From assembly GCA_001938485.1 (NCBI GenBank), contig MQRK01239088.1, positions 1 to 59,721 on the forward strand: DNA of 59,721 bases. The letters run 5' to 3'. This document shows positions 14,615 to 28,600 of the stretch, in pieces. Below the pieces are notes generated by a model. It was given only the letters and a program-made list of their open reading frames with translations. It was not told where the DNA came from and made no database searches. The position numbers and the translations under genes are program-made. The number at the start of each line of letters is the position of its first letter. The first letter of the stretch is position 1. This stretch comes from Girardia tigrina (taxonomy: Eukaryota).

Positions 14615-17600
14615 TGTATTATGTGTTATGTCGAATTTGTGTAATTGCAATAATAATACATGGCGTGGACGCCATATTAAGAACACCAACATGGCTTTTC
14701 GAACTTTTATTTTCAATACAATTAGAATTGTCTTTTGGACAACTCTCAGCAAAGCTTTCGTAATTCGACATCGTTCTAAAATGATGAATTTTAGTTAATG
14801 TTTGTTAATAAACAATTATTCAAACAAATTTTTCATTATTTTCAGATTTTATTTTTAAGGTTCAAATTTTGTAATTTTATTAATAATTTTATTTACATAT
14901 TAATTTTATTTAAAAGATGATTTTATGTAAAGAAAGAACATTTATTTAATTCAAAACTTAGTTAAAAGCTATTTACTTTATTTAAATTTTTAATATGAAA
15001 ATTTGAAACGATTTAATATATTTAAAGTTTTTTAAATATCTTATGCTGTACTTTAAAATGCAAATTATACATGAATAATTATCTATCGTGAACATCCAAA
15101 ATATCAATTTTCCATCTGGTTGGGAGAAACACATTTCCAAATACTAAACTCAACATACAAAATTCAACAAACAAATTTCAAAATACCAAATTTAAAATAT
15201 TCCTCACAGCGTGTATTCATGAACTTAATTTAAATATTTAAAATTCTCAATTTAATATGACAAATTCTCCTAAAAAATACCTAAATTCGTGATTTAGCAA
15301 AGTTATTTGCCTAGTTAATGAATTCGGCAATTATATGAATTCGATAAACTGTTGCCGAACTAGCTTGATATGAAAGTCGAAGTTTATTATTTTATATGGG
15401 GTAAAAATGTAAAATTAAACTAAAATTACATAAAAAGGAAAAATATAATACAAAAAAGTTAAAGTTAAAAAAAATTATACTTAAAGTAAATAAAAAAGTT
15501 AAAATTTTAATGTATAAAAATAATAAGTAACAACGTCGTATTAACTATTCTTTATTTGATAAGAAACGTTTACGATCAGATGGTTCAAAATCGCTATCAT
15601 CCGTGGACAGAGCTAACACTGTGCTTGAAGACGAAGATTTTTGTGGCGGTTTATTAGATAAACTACATTCGGTAAGCTCATGAAATGTTGATGTGAGGAA
15701 TATTTAGTGTGTGTGGATGTTTTTGTGTAGTTTTTGTATGTTTAAATGTTGTATGTTGATTTGGGATTGTGCCTCGCCTAACCAGATGGATTGTCAATAT
15801 TTAATTTTTATAATCTGAAACTAATTTATTTAAAGTTGGATTTAATATTCAAATTTTTAATTTTTATTATTATAAATTTTAAATAATTTTAATGATTTTA
15901 TTTTTGTAAATTTTTAAATAATTAAAATCAAATTAATGTTTAAGAATGACTATAAAAATATTTTATTTCAGCCAATAAAATTTAAATTATTTATTTTTAA
16001 AAAAAATAATCTTCTCAAGTTAGTTCAGATTATAATGAGAGATATTGAAAAATTGATTGATGGAATCTAGTGAAAGCCTTACTGTTGATCATCATAAAGA
16101 TGATAAAAATTGTGAATGTAATAAATGTTCTGTCAAATGTGTAAGTTCTCTTAACAGTTGATTTTTTTATCAAAAAGTCTGTTATTTTCTTTTGCTTTTG
16201 AGCTTTTAGAAATTCTTTATACAATTCTTGATACCCAGCTAAACAATTTTTCAGATCTCACTGTAATTTTCTACGATGGGATCAAACTTAAAAAAAATGG
16301 TTTTCCATACTTGCGCCAAAGTTTAGGCCTTCACGAATTATACTAGCTGTTAATTGACGATTTTCGACATCTTTCTCTTCATTGCATTTATAGTTTTGAA
16401 TATTATGATCTGTTATTAATACGATTATATTATCCTCATCCATGGGTTTATCAATCAATAATTCGTCGTCCAGAGTTTGCATGTCCTCAAATCCTTCACC
16501 ACCAATTTCGTGTGCCAAAGCTATAATTTCAGGAGACAGTGTTGTTGTTTATGGCATCGAGTTTCCACTCTTGATGCATTCTGGCCAAATTGCTTTCCAG
16601 CAAGCATTTAATGTTGATCCTCTTAATTATTGAACGGCCATAGAAGAATGTGTAACGCAATCTAGAATTGTATAGTTCTTCCATGCTTCCATGACCGTAA
16701 GGTTGTCATTCTCAATTGCATCCAAAATATATTTAAATGCTAATTTAATGTAATAATTGGGGCACGGAATTTAATAACCTTAAAAATCAAAAAAATGATT
16801 ATTTTATTTCCTCTCTTTCCGGGTGAGATATTATTTTGCTCTTCCCCTCTGCCAAAAGAGTCGCCACCGTCACCAATCCGCCGCAGTCACACCACTTCGC
16901 CACCCACTCTGTTATCAATGATTATTATTATTATCATTATTATTATTATTATTAATAATCATTGATAACAGATTATTATTACTAATAATGCTTAAATGTG
17001 GCAATTATATCCTGATCCAATGGTTGAATTAACGAAGTTGTATTTGGCGGCAAAAAAATCACTTTGATATTTGAGTGCTCTAGTATCGGATGACTTGGCG
17101 CATTATCAACTAGTAAAAGTACTTTAAAATCGAGACCTTTTTTCTCCATATATTTCCGAACTTCAGGAACGAAGCATTTCTTAAATCACTCGGTAAATAA
17201 ATCTGCTGTCATCCATACCTTCTTATTTGCCATCCAATGCACTGGCAACTGTTTAAGGTTTTTACATTTCATAGCACGTGGCATTAATTCTCAGTTGATT
17301 AACAATGGCGGTCTCCAGAAGCATTGCTGTAAAGTAAAAGAGTCACGCGATCTTTAGAAACTTTAAAGCCCCCACAAGTTTTTTGAGTTTTCGCTATGTA
17401 TGTTCTGGTGGGCATTTTTTCCCAATATAGACCGGTTTCGTCTGCATTGAAAATTTGGTCAGAAACATAACCACTAACATGTATTATCTTAGCAAACTCG
17501 ACAGGATAGCTTTTGGCAGTATTTACATCTCCAGATGCGTTTTCTCCTTTAATTTTTACATTGTGGAATGCATTTCTCTTCAAAAACCCACCTAGCCATC

Positions 17601-20600
17601 CTTCAATAGCAGAAAATTCCTTTTTTTACTTAAAGTTGCCTTAAGACTTGATAATGGCTCGGCTTCTTGAAGTTTTTTATAAATTCGTAATGCTTTCTGT
17701 TTGACAATAGGCCCATCTACACTCTCCTTTGCGCTAAATCCTCAAGTCAAAACACTAAAAATTCTTCTATATTTTCTAAGACAGTATCTCTACTGTATGA
17801 TGAAGTTTTGGAACTAATCTTTGAGCATTAATTATTGATTCCCGTAAAGTAGCTTCATTTTTTTTATAGTTCTAATTATTGCTTCGTTCAAGTCAAAACT
17901 TTTCCAACAGATGTTGAACCTTCCCCTTTTACCAAACGATCAAGAATTTCTATTTTAGTTTCCAAAGAGATTGCTTTTCTTTTACGGTTTGCTGTATCTT
18001 TAGACATGCTTTTTCGTAATCTTGGGTAAAAATTATAATTAAATATATATCTAAACTTCAATGAAACTACAAATTGATTAGCAAAAATACAAATAAAAAG
18101 TCATTCTTGGAATCTTTTTTTAGTATGAACTAAGTAAATATAAGTGCAAGATGGAATTCAAAGGAATTTATTCATACATAGCAAATTAATCGATTAATTA
18201 TGTCGAAAATATATCAAAGAACTAAGAATACATTGCAGAATTTTCAAGAAAAAGAGATGGTTGTAAGATCTCTCTATGATGAGACATAACTAATGCTTTT
18301 GATGACACGGAATTCGCAAATTAGGACCACTGAAGATGATGCCATTGAGAGGTACCAAAATTGTCATTCTCATTTGCAAATATATAATGTAAAATATTTA
18401 TTTAAGAAAAGAATCTTTATAAAATGATATTGATATCAAGAAATCTCTGTTAGAAAATATTAATTAATATTAATATATTTTTTTCTTTCATTTCCTTTAA
18501 ACTTTGTTCCTCTAACGAGTATTTTAATTTATTTCAGGTACGCCAGATAAGTTTTATCGATCTTATGATCGATCTAATTTCCAATAATTTATACAATTTA
18601 TAATTTATCTCCGAGTTAAGCTTCCCTTAACAAATTTTAAATGGGACATTTTCTCCTTAAAATTTTATGACTGTGATGGTTATTATTTGTATATTTCTAT
18701 CACAATAAATCAGTTTTAGTTTCATACTTCAATATTTCCCTCACAGAATATTGTTATATACAATGCTTATCACATAAAAATAAATGATGCTGTTGTCAAC
18801 AGATTAGCCTAAAAAATATAAACTTTATTTGAAATTTGATATTAAAGCATCTTTTTAAAAATCAAATAAAAAACAATAAATTGTTTACTTGTTCATACAT
18901 TGATAATTGTTGTCTGTTCTATATATAAATTGAACTAAATAAAGTAAATGGAATATATTTAATTGTATGACTCTTACAAAATCCTTTTTCCATTATCTTT
19001 TTATCATCAATTTTTATTAACCGTCAAAATATATTTAATTTCATTACGCAATTATCAATAAAACAAATAATTTTTAATAATAATTCTTAATAAGAAATTT
19101 AAAAAATAATGGCAAATTTTTATTAAAATCAAGAACGCCATTAAAATCAAATTTTATTGTCGCAATATATTTCGGTGGATTTTCCACCATCTTCAGGCTG
19201 AATTAACAACAATTNNNNNNNNNNNNNNNNNNNNNNNNNNNNNNNNNNNNNNNNNNNNNNNNNNNNNNNNNNNNNNNNNNNNNNNCAAATTGGAAGAGAG
19301 ACTTGTTTGTACATTAATGGACGGATTAAGTGATTTAATCAATAATGCTTCACAAGTAACTCTTTCCCAATAATTTTTAAAATTACTGCACAATATTTTA
19401 AAATTAGTTGTTTTCACCTTAGATTTACAACCCTTCATATGTCCAGCAATATTACTCTCACTACCCAATCGTCCATGCTCCTGAATCCGTTCTCGAGACG
19501 TCTCTCCAATGTATGTAGCGTTGCACCCATTACACGAAAATTGATAAACCAGATTGGAACATAAACTCAAAGGAGTACGAGATTTATTGCTGAACATACT
19601 TTGAATTTTGTAAGATTTAGAAATGATTTTTAAATTCAAATTTTTACTATCGATTGATTTTAAAATAAGACGATTTAAATTTTTTGTAATTTTCTGAAAT
19701 AATTTTTTGTAACCTTTGCTATATATAAGACAGCGAAATTGTTGTTAATTCAGCCTGAAGATGGTGGAAAATTTACCGAAATATATTGCGACAATAAAGT
19801 TTGATTTTAATGGCGTTCTTGATTTTAATTTAATAATAAAATTAATAAATATTTTAATTGAGACAATCAAAAAATTGTATTATTTTTATGTCAAATTATA
19901 CTTATATATCTAATGAATATATATAAAATGCTAACTTTAATTTTCCATTAGTAAATGCTATTGAACCAGGAAGAATGGTTTTGATCATAATACATGTGTC
20001 CCAGAAACTCTAAAGATTGTATTAAATATGATAAATCGAGACTACATGCACTAACCAATGGTTGAGAGGTATTGGTTGCTGAGTCTATTCCACCAACAAT
20101 ACTGAATCCTAAGCTCAAATTTAAATTTTCTTTAAAAAGTTCTATTGATTTTAAAGATGCACAAGACAAAGGCAGTTGTAACCAATACTTCCAACTAGGC
20201 ATGAAATTTCCAGCTCCAGAACTGGTTTCGGGTCCTTCAAGAACATGGAGCTGGACACAAGAGCTGTTATAACATTCTCTTTTTAACAAATCAACAGCTT
20301 GTTTATGTGTCAGGTTCAATAATTCATTGTTATTTATTCCAAGAAGAATAGATCCTTTTTTAACCTATAAAAATTATTATATAATAAATTTTATTCAAAT
20401 TAAAAAATTAAATAATTTTAAAGAAATAAAGTTAAAAAAGAAATAATGTATATCTAAAATGAAAGTGATCAAATTTCTGAATTTCAAGACTAGGAGACAA
20501 AAAGAAAAGATTAAATAATTTTCATGAATAATAATATACTCCCGTATCAAAATATATAAAATCTTTTATAAATAGATTTATGAATACCTGGAGAAAATTT

Positions 20601-23600
20601 TCCTATTTGGTAGCTTCTTTTAAATGGGTTCACGACTTCAAAGAAATAAATACCCAATTTTCAACTTTAGCGATTTTTGGTTTTTGTAAAAATGTAAAAT
20701 AAGAAATGGAAACTTTCAGTTTTGTAAGAAATATCAAATTGGAAGTGTTTGCAGTTTTTAATAAAAGTGGACGTTTTACTATTTCCATAATATAAAATCA
20801 GCTTTCATGTCAAAAGATAGTATTAATAATATCTTTCTAAATCTTGTCTAAATGTTTAAATTGATTCGCCTAATTATATTAAAATATTTTGATATAATAT
20901 GTAAATGATATAAAAAACCATTCTATTATATTAAACGGAACAGTATAAATCGAAATGATAATGAAACTTTTTTCAAAAGTAAATTAAATTTTATTATTCT
21001 AGATAATATGTCATTTGATGTCATTGAAAATATTAAAATAATTAATTCAAATTAGTTAAAAAAAGTTATTTCACCTTAATTTAATTATTTAATTTGGGTT
21101 ACACACGATTATATTAAAATTTACATTTCTTTTCCAAAAAAATAATACAATTTGTTTTTTAAAATGTTTATAACATTTGTAATTTATATTTAATAATAAA
21201 TTAATAAATAAAAATTTTGTTTATTTATATTAATTTCCATGACGTTAGTTTGAAATTGTTAAGAGAACTCACACATTTGACAGAACATTTATTACATTCA
21301 CATTTCTTATCATCTTTATGATGATCAACAGTAATGCTTTCACTGTAATCCATCACTCAATTTTCAATATCTCCCATTATAATCTGAACTATACTTGAAA
21401 AGATTATTTTATTTAAAAATAAATAATTTAAATTTTATTGGCTGAAATAAAATATTTTTATAGTCATTCTTAAACATTAATTTGATTTTAATTATTTAAA
21501 AATTTACAAAAATAAAATCATTAAAATTATTTAAAATTTATATTAATAAAAATTAAAAATTTGAATATTAAATCTAAATTTAAATAAATTAGTTTCAGAT
21601 TATAAGAAATTAAATATTGATAATCCATCTGGTTAGGAGAGGCACAATCCCAAATCAACATACAACATTTGAACATGCAAAAACTACACAAAAACATCCA
21701 CACACCAAATTAAATAATAAACTTTATATTTAACAAAATTCAATTTAAAAATCCCAAATCAAACATAATTCTGGAAAATATTTCTATTCATTAAATATTT
21801 TTATCACAATTGCAATTTAAATATACAGACTATTAAAAGAGAAAATAAATACTTGTCGATGAACAGAAAGTGCTCCGTTTGGAAAGATATTAGTGATATA
21901 GATTGGTATATCCCCCCTGTGAGAATTGATGCCCCCAGTGACTGTGATTGACAGGGACTCGAATGGTTTCTTGTGTACGGTAATGATTTCCTCCTTCAGT
22001 TGACACGGCATGATGAGATGCTGGTAACTGTTGTCGTATTGCATCTGAAAACATTCCAATTACGATCAACAAGTCAACTATAAATTTTATCAACCAAAAC
22101 ATAACACTTGAAATTTAATTGCATACACTACCAACTGCTTTTTTAAAAAAAGAAAACTGAAAAACTATCTTTTTGTAATTTAAAAATAAAATTTTTTCAA
22201 GTCGTTAAATAAACTATTTTAAGAAATTGGTTTAAAGGTTTTATTAAAAAATGTCTAACATAACAAGTTAATGGTTAAACTTAACATTCCTATTAAAAAT
22301 CGTACATTAGAGCGACAAATCGTCATCCAACAACCCGAAATAATGAGTATTCATAGTATAGTCAATCAAATTAGGTTCTGGATCACTAAGTTGTAAAGAA
22401 TTGAACATCATCAGTTTCAAAAGAAAGGTTTGCTGTTCTACAAAGAAGTTTTACGATTATGACCGATTGAAAGGTCTATTTCTTTAAGATTTTGAAATTG
22501 TATAGTTTGTATTTCATCGAAACATTTCTTGAACAAACATATATATGCTTGTATAGGAAGGCCACATATGGACATTTTCCAAAAATCGTGGAACGCTCAT
22601 AGCTCACTTCATTTGTTCCACTGACATATAACGTTTATGAATATAAATGACAGCTAGATTTACCTCTTCACATCCAGATTTCAGTGATTTGTTTATAGAG
22701 TGAGCTTTTACGATTCGAGGATTTCCTTTTGTACATGAAACTAATCATCGACAAGTCGCAATTAAATTATTCTGAGTTTCACATTAAAATGTATAAACTG
22801 TAATTGTTTTGAAATTAAAGTTTATTTTAGCGGTGTTTTGTTCATTTTTATAACAAGTAGCGCGTTTAAATTTTATTGATTTCAAGTTGCAGAATGTGAA
22901 AAATGCTCATTTTAGAATTTAGTAATATTAAAAAAATTCGATTTACAGAAATTTAATTCAAACGATATCTTCTAAATTATTTCAATGTTACTTTTAAAAA
23001 CCTTGTAAACTTCCCCGGTACACCTAACAAATATAACAGTAGAATAATTTAAATTTAAATAAAATAATTTTTATTTATCAGTAATATTAGCAAAAAGATG
23101 AAATACCATTCTATCAGTAGAAACATGGATCCACCGAGACTGATCAAGTGTATTATGTATTCGAGGACTATTATGCTCCGACCACAGAGATGACTTATTG
23201 CTGGATATTGTTTGGCGACGAGATATTAATTCTGACTGAGGAGGACCTTTGGAATCTCTAGGAATTCCACCTCCGCCACCGGTGCTACTTGTACTCCAAC
23301 TCCCAAGTGATCCACGGTCATCAGTAGTTTTTACGATGTCTGGTACACTTAATCTTCTTTGTACAAGTAGAACTATATTATCTAAGGCTTCCTAAAATAT
23401 ATAGATTTCCGTTTTGTAAATACTCATCATTGACATATTTATGCAACAAACAAAAAAAGTATATTTAACTAAGAATTTTAAATCACTATTATATTATAGT
23501 TATTGTTATTTATATTTTAATTCCTCCTCTGCAATCAATTCGAATCAAGACATTTTCTATAAAGGACAATCACTGATAATCGTTTTTGTATTTTTATTGC

Positions 23601-25480
23601 TTTGATTAGCCTTTTTATAAATTGATATTACTATAAATAATTAATTAAAAGTAATAAATTTAAATTTTTATTGATGAATAATGTTCATTTAAAATGAACA
23701 AAGGTTTCGTAGATTATAATGACTCATTGATTCAATATTTCATTTTTTTATTTATTGTTGTTCAGAAGTATGGTAGAGCAGTTGTGTCCGGTGTTTTGTT
23801 GGTGCAGAGAAAATGAAATAAATATTGACTAGCCAATCAGAGCGAGTTACTAGCTCGAGAAAAACTGGTTTTATATCACAATTAAATCAACTTTTGGCAC
23901 GATAATTTTTTTACGAACTCAATTTAAATTTGATTGTTAAAGTTATACAAATTCTCGATTTTGTGAAAGTGACGATATTTTTCTGATTCATATTGAAATC
24001 GGTAAATTTATTGAGTCGAATAAAATTTGTAACGAATTTTGCATTTATTGAACAATATATTTTTGAATAAATTTGAATTTATTGAATCGTATATTTTATT
24101 TTTTTTGAATCTATCGTTTAAAAAATTTAAAAAATCAAAAATTATTTGAAATAAATTTTTAAATAAACCGAAATATAAAACGATAATAACGCATGAATAG
24201 TTTGAATAAGAAGAATACCAAATGGGCTCAGCATGAAATACCAGAGTCTCAAATAACCCGACACTGCATCTCTGCTACCATCGTCCGATTTTCGGGGTAA
24301 AATGGGGATCCGGCTGAATAGACCCGATTTTTATTTTACAATTTATTCCTTACATGTGTGCATTTCGTTTCGAATGACCAATTTGTTTTCATTTTACACG
24401 GCGGACTTGCAAACTTGTGATTAAGTAGATTTCGTGTAATGCTATCATCAAAATGGCGAATCCATCACCGGTGATATTAGAGCTTATTGATCATTGTATG
24501 GAATTATGTAGAAAAATGCAATCAATTACAAAGCAGTTGAGAGGATGATGAACCATTTTTTGGAGAATACTAATGCTAACGTTACCAGGACTTCATACAA
24601 AAGGTTTAAAGCAGGTGAAGAGCATTTGTAAGAATTGATCGAAGCAAATCCAATCAGTAGCTGAAGAGCATTATCAGCAGATGTACAGACAATATCAAGG
24701 TCAAAAGTGCACAGGGTACTTATGAATGAACTGAAACTGATCGACCAATTAAGGAAATAAATTAATGTTATTTGAGATTAACTAAAGTAGCATCAGATAA
24801 GCGATTTATAAACAATTTTCTCTTCCCAAATGAATCAATGTTTGACGTTTACTAAAAAAAACAAAATTATCATGTTTGGGGTAACGAGAGTCACGCAGCA
24901 GTATGTTTCAAGTCAATAGACTTTCCACTTAAGCAAATGGTATTGGCTGAATACCATAATATGGCTTTACTAAAAATATTTAGTAGTCCATACTTTTTTA
25001 TGACTAGTATGACATTTGATAGCTATTGTGATATGATGAATGATTTCATGATTCCTCAAATCAAAGTAAAGCAAATATTCTATAGAGGAAATGATTTTCC
25101 GTGACCTGCATATTTACATTACCTATAATAACTAGATATAGGTGTTCTAAAAGTAATATTTTTGGAAGGAATTTCGATATTTTGGATAAATTTCGGTAAA
25201 GTATTGCTGCTATAATTCGATTGATTCCGTAATGAAAAGATGTAAGTTCTGTATGAAAGACTAGTAGTGATAATTTGAAACTCAATCTATTAAAAAGAAA
25301 TCCCCGTAACTATCCATTTTAAATTAAATTTATCCTTTCAATTGGTACACTGTACAATAAATTAATACTATAACATTAAAAAATTTATTTTTATAAAAAT
25401 ATAATTATAATTATCTCTTTTATTATATGAGGTTCAATCGAATATCTATGAAACTTTATTTAAATTGATAGAAAAAAAAA

Positions 25481-25530
<50 letters not shown>

Positions 25531-25580
25531 NNNNNNNNNNNNNNNNNNNNNNNNNNNNNNNNNNNNNNNNNNNNNNNNNN

Positions 25581-25639
<59 letters not shown>

Positions 25640-28600
25640 AATGTTTAAATAAATTACAATTTTTTAATGAAAAAATAATTAACGATAATTGAAGAATAAA
25701 ACACAAAATTAAATCATTTTTGCATCGTAATTGATGTAAGCATAATTGACAATATAAAAAAAACAGTAAGTATGAAAATCGAACATATTCAATTTCTTCA
25801 TTTTAAAATATAAATATGAAAAATTCTTAATTTATTTTATTAATCATTTACAATAAATTATTTTAATATGTAAATTAAATAAATTTGATTTATATATTTC
25901 AGGATTTTTTTTCACATTTCTGAAATAAATAATTTTTGAAACTTAACAAATATATTTCTTATTATTATTGTAATTTCCAAGTTAAATCATATTAAAATAA
26001 ATAAAATACTTTTTTTTAATAAAAAATATTTAGTTTATTTTTATTTCTGAATATTTTAACAAAGTCAGATAACAATAAAATTAATACATTTTTAATGTCA
26101 TTTCATTATATAATATTCAAATTTATTTATTTACTTTCAGACCATACTAACTCTTTATGATTACATATTACATATTTATATGATTGGCAGTAAATTAATA
26201 ATACATGCTTTAAATATCTCGTTCGAATCCGATAAACAGATTCTCAATGACCATATGTTATTCAAATTATCAAAAGCAATAAATTTTATACACTTTATAT
26301 ACTTTTAGATAAATTAAAAAATCAGACATTTAAATTACAATCCGCTTTTAAATTTTATTTTAATGCTATTTGTAATATATTTTTGAGTGTCAATTTTTCA
26401 CCATATTATTTCAGGTTTAATTTAGGTCTATAATCGTTTTTTTAATTAATTTTTGTAATTATAGTATTTTATTATGATTCAAAATTTTATTTTACAAAAA
26501 ATATTGTATATTTTTTCGTATTTAATTTAATTGTTAAGTTTTTTGTAGATTACAAAAAATATCAGCGATAATGCTTGTGTTTTCTATTATCATGAGATAA
26601 AAGTTATTGAAGATATATTTTAAACTTGCTAAAATCTTGTTAAATCCAAACAATGTAAGCATATTTTTAATGTACTGAGATTTAATGATAACTTGTTTTT
26701 GATTGAAATTCCCATTACAGAAACAAAAACCGGAAGACCAGCTTTTTCATCAAAACTTTTACTAAAAATAATGGATTTCAACTTACTAATATAAAAGATT
26801 TTTTACTAATTTATAGGAAAATTAACTACTTTAAGGGTTCTTATTCTTAAAATTTGTTTTCATCTTCGAATTTGTACATAATTGATCAAACAATTAAATA
26901 AGGAATCATTTCAACACGACTACCATACCGAAAAAGTTTCGAAGAAATGGAAAACGATAAAAATGTAGGGCTTATAAATTTATAAAAAAATTTATATAAA
27001 ATATTCAAGCTGGGAAAGAGTTTTATATTATAGATTGTATTGAAATTATAGATTTAAACAATATATCAAAGCAATTAAAACGGTTGAAGAATAAACTTTT
27101 AGTGAGGAAGAACTAGTTGAACTATTCCCCTTCCAATCACGTTGCTGATTCAAAAAACATTTGTAGTGTTATATCGGTTGCTTTTTTAAAAAATGATCTG
27201 TAAAAAGGAATATCTTTAGCTGAAATGATGTTTACTCTATCTTTCCGGAGTTTAATTGGTAACGTAGATATATGATAAAGATGACAATTGACAGCCAACC
27301 AAAAACTAATCTTTGAGATGAAACTTATTCTCTCGTTGTTATATTCAGAAGTATGTACAGGTGTTAAAATAAAAATTAAATTAATATGATAAAATTTGAT
27401 ATCAGTATACATAATATATACATCTTGTTTTAGTTGATGTCAGGAGGGTGGTTCGGGAGAACCTACGCCCGTAGGGGTACGTCACCCAAAGGTAATTCGT
27501 ATCGGGATTTTGACCAAAAATGAAGTAAAGAAGATAATCACATAGATTAGGTATTTTCATTTCAGAGACATTAAAGAATTTATTGATGTTATTATCAAAT
27601 TATATCACTTCAAAAATACTTTTCCTATTGAGTCAATATATTTTGCCTTCTCTGATTTATCAATTTATCAAATATTTTTTCTATATGATTTTACATATTA
27701 CTAAGCATTAAAAATAATAATTAAAATAATTTTAAAAAACTGGAACAAATTTTCTCCATATTCGCCTTTATATTTTCTGTTACATTATAATAATTATCTA
27801 TCCCATTAAAATAAACGTATTACACAAAGCAAAGTTTCATTTTTCATTTATTTATTATTTTTGATAATTAAAAAATTTTTATGAAAAAAATATATGTAAA
27901 AAAATGAAAGTTTATTTTAAATTTTTGAAAATATATCAATATTTTTGTTTGTTTTTATTTGTATAATGTATAATTTCTATTGAAATCAACAGAATTAAAA
28001 GGAAAAAAAATACTTAAAAGTGAAATTATTTTAAAATTAATTCAAAACACAATTTAGAAAAATGAAATAGAATAACTACTAAATAGTGTACGTAAAATAA
28101 ATTACTTCCTTTTCAATCACTGTGGAAAAAGATATATTTTTTTATAAACAAAACAAACCCTGATAATTTTAGCTGCGTATTCCTGAGTTCCATTTCCTAT
28201 ATCGATGTTGTTGATGTACAATATTCGATCTCCTTTTGCTAGGAAACTGTTCAAATGAGCTTCACTTCCAGGAATGATATTTCGAATGTATATTCCTTCA
28301 TGATTTCTAAGCACAATAGAATAATTTAAAATAATTAAACATAAAAAATGTAAAACATTAAAAAAACAGAAATAACCATTCCCGATTTAAATTATCGATT
28401 TCCAAAACAACTCATTTAATAATTTAAAATTAAAATTGTTATTTAAGTTGAAAATAAAATATTCTTTTTGATAAGTAACAATTAAAAATAAAATGTATCA
28501 AAAAACTATTTCAACATAACAATTTTTGTTGAAAAAGTAAAAATTAAACTTTTATTCGTTTTATTAAAAACTTCTATAAAATTTAACAATTATTTAATAA

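Larger units (their letters stand above)
15545..18007 (-). mobile_element. Tigger/pogo transposase pseudogene, interrupted by a solo LTR and a MITE
   Basis: [25 protein letters not shown]; [15 protein letters not shown]; KDRVTLL; [10 protein letters not shown]; [15 protein letters not shown]; KQKKITDF; multiple frameshifts. Confidence 0.92.
19122..19829 (-). mobile_element. 5'-truncated Penelope-like retroelement (GIY-YIG endonuclease) with inverted pLTRs
   Basis: [27 protein letters not shown]...[15 protein letters not shown]; about 93-bp inverted repeats 19122-19214 / 19737-19829. Confidence 0.92.

Noticed and set aside
20539-20943. Stowaway-like MITE
   Set aside because: TA-flanked, but the TIRs are too imperfect to call.
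27430-27520. GC-rich island, possible element terminus or ncRNA
   Set aside because: No partner TIR, tRNA fold or recognisable motif.
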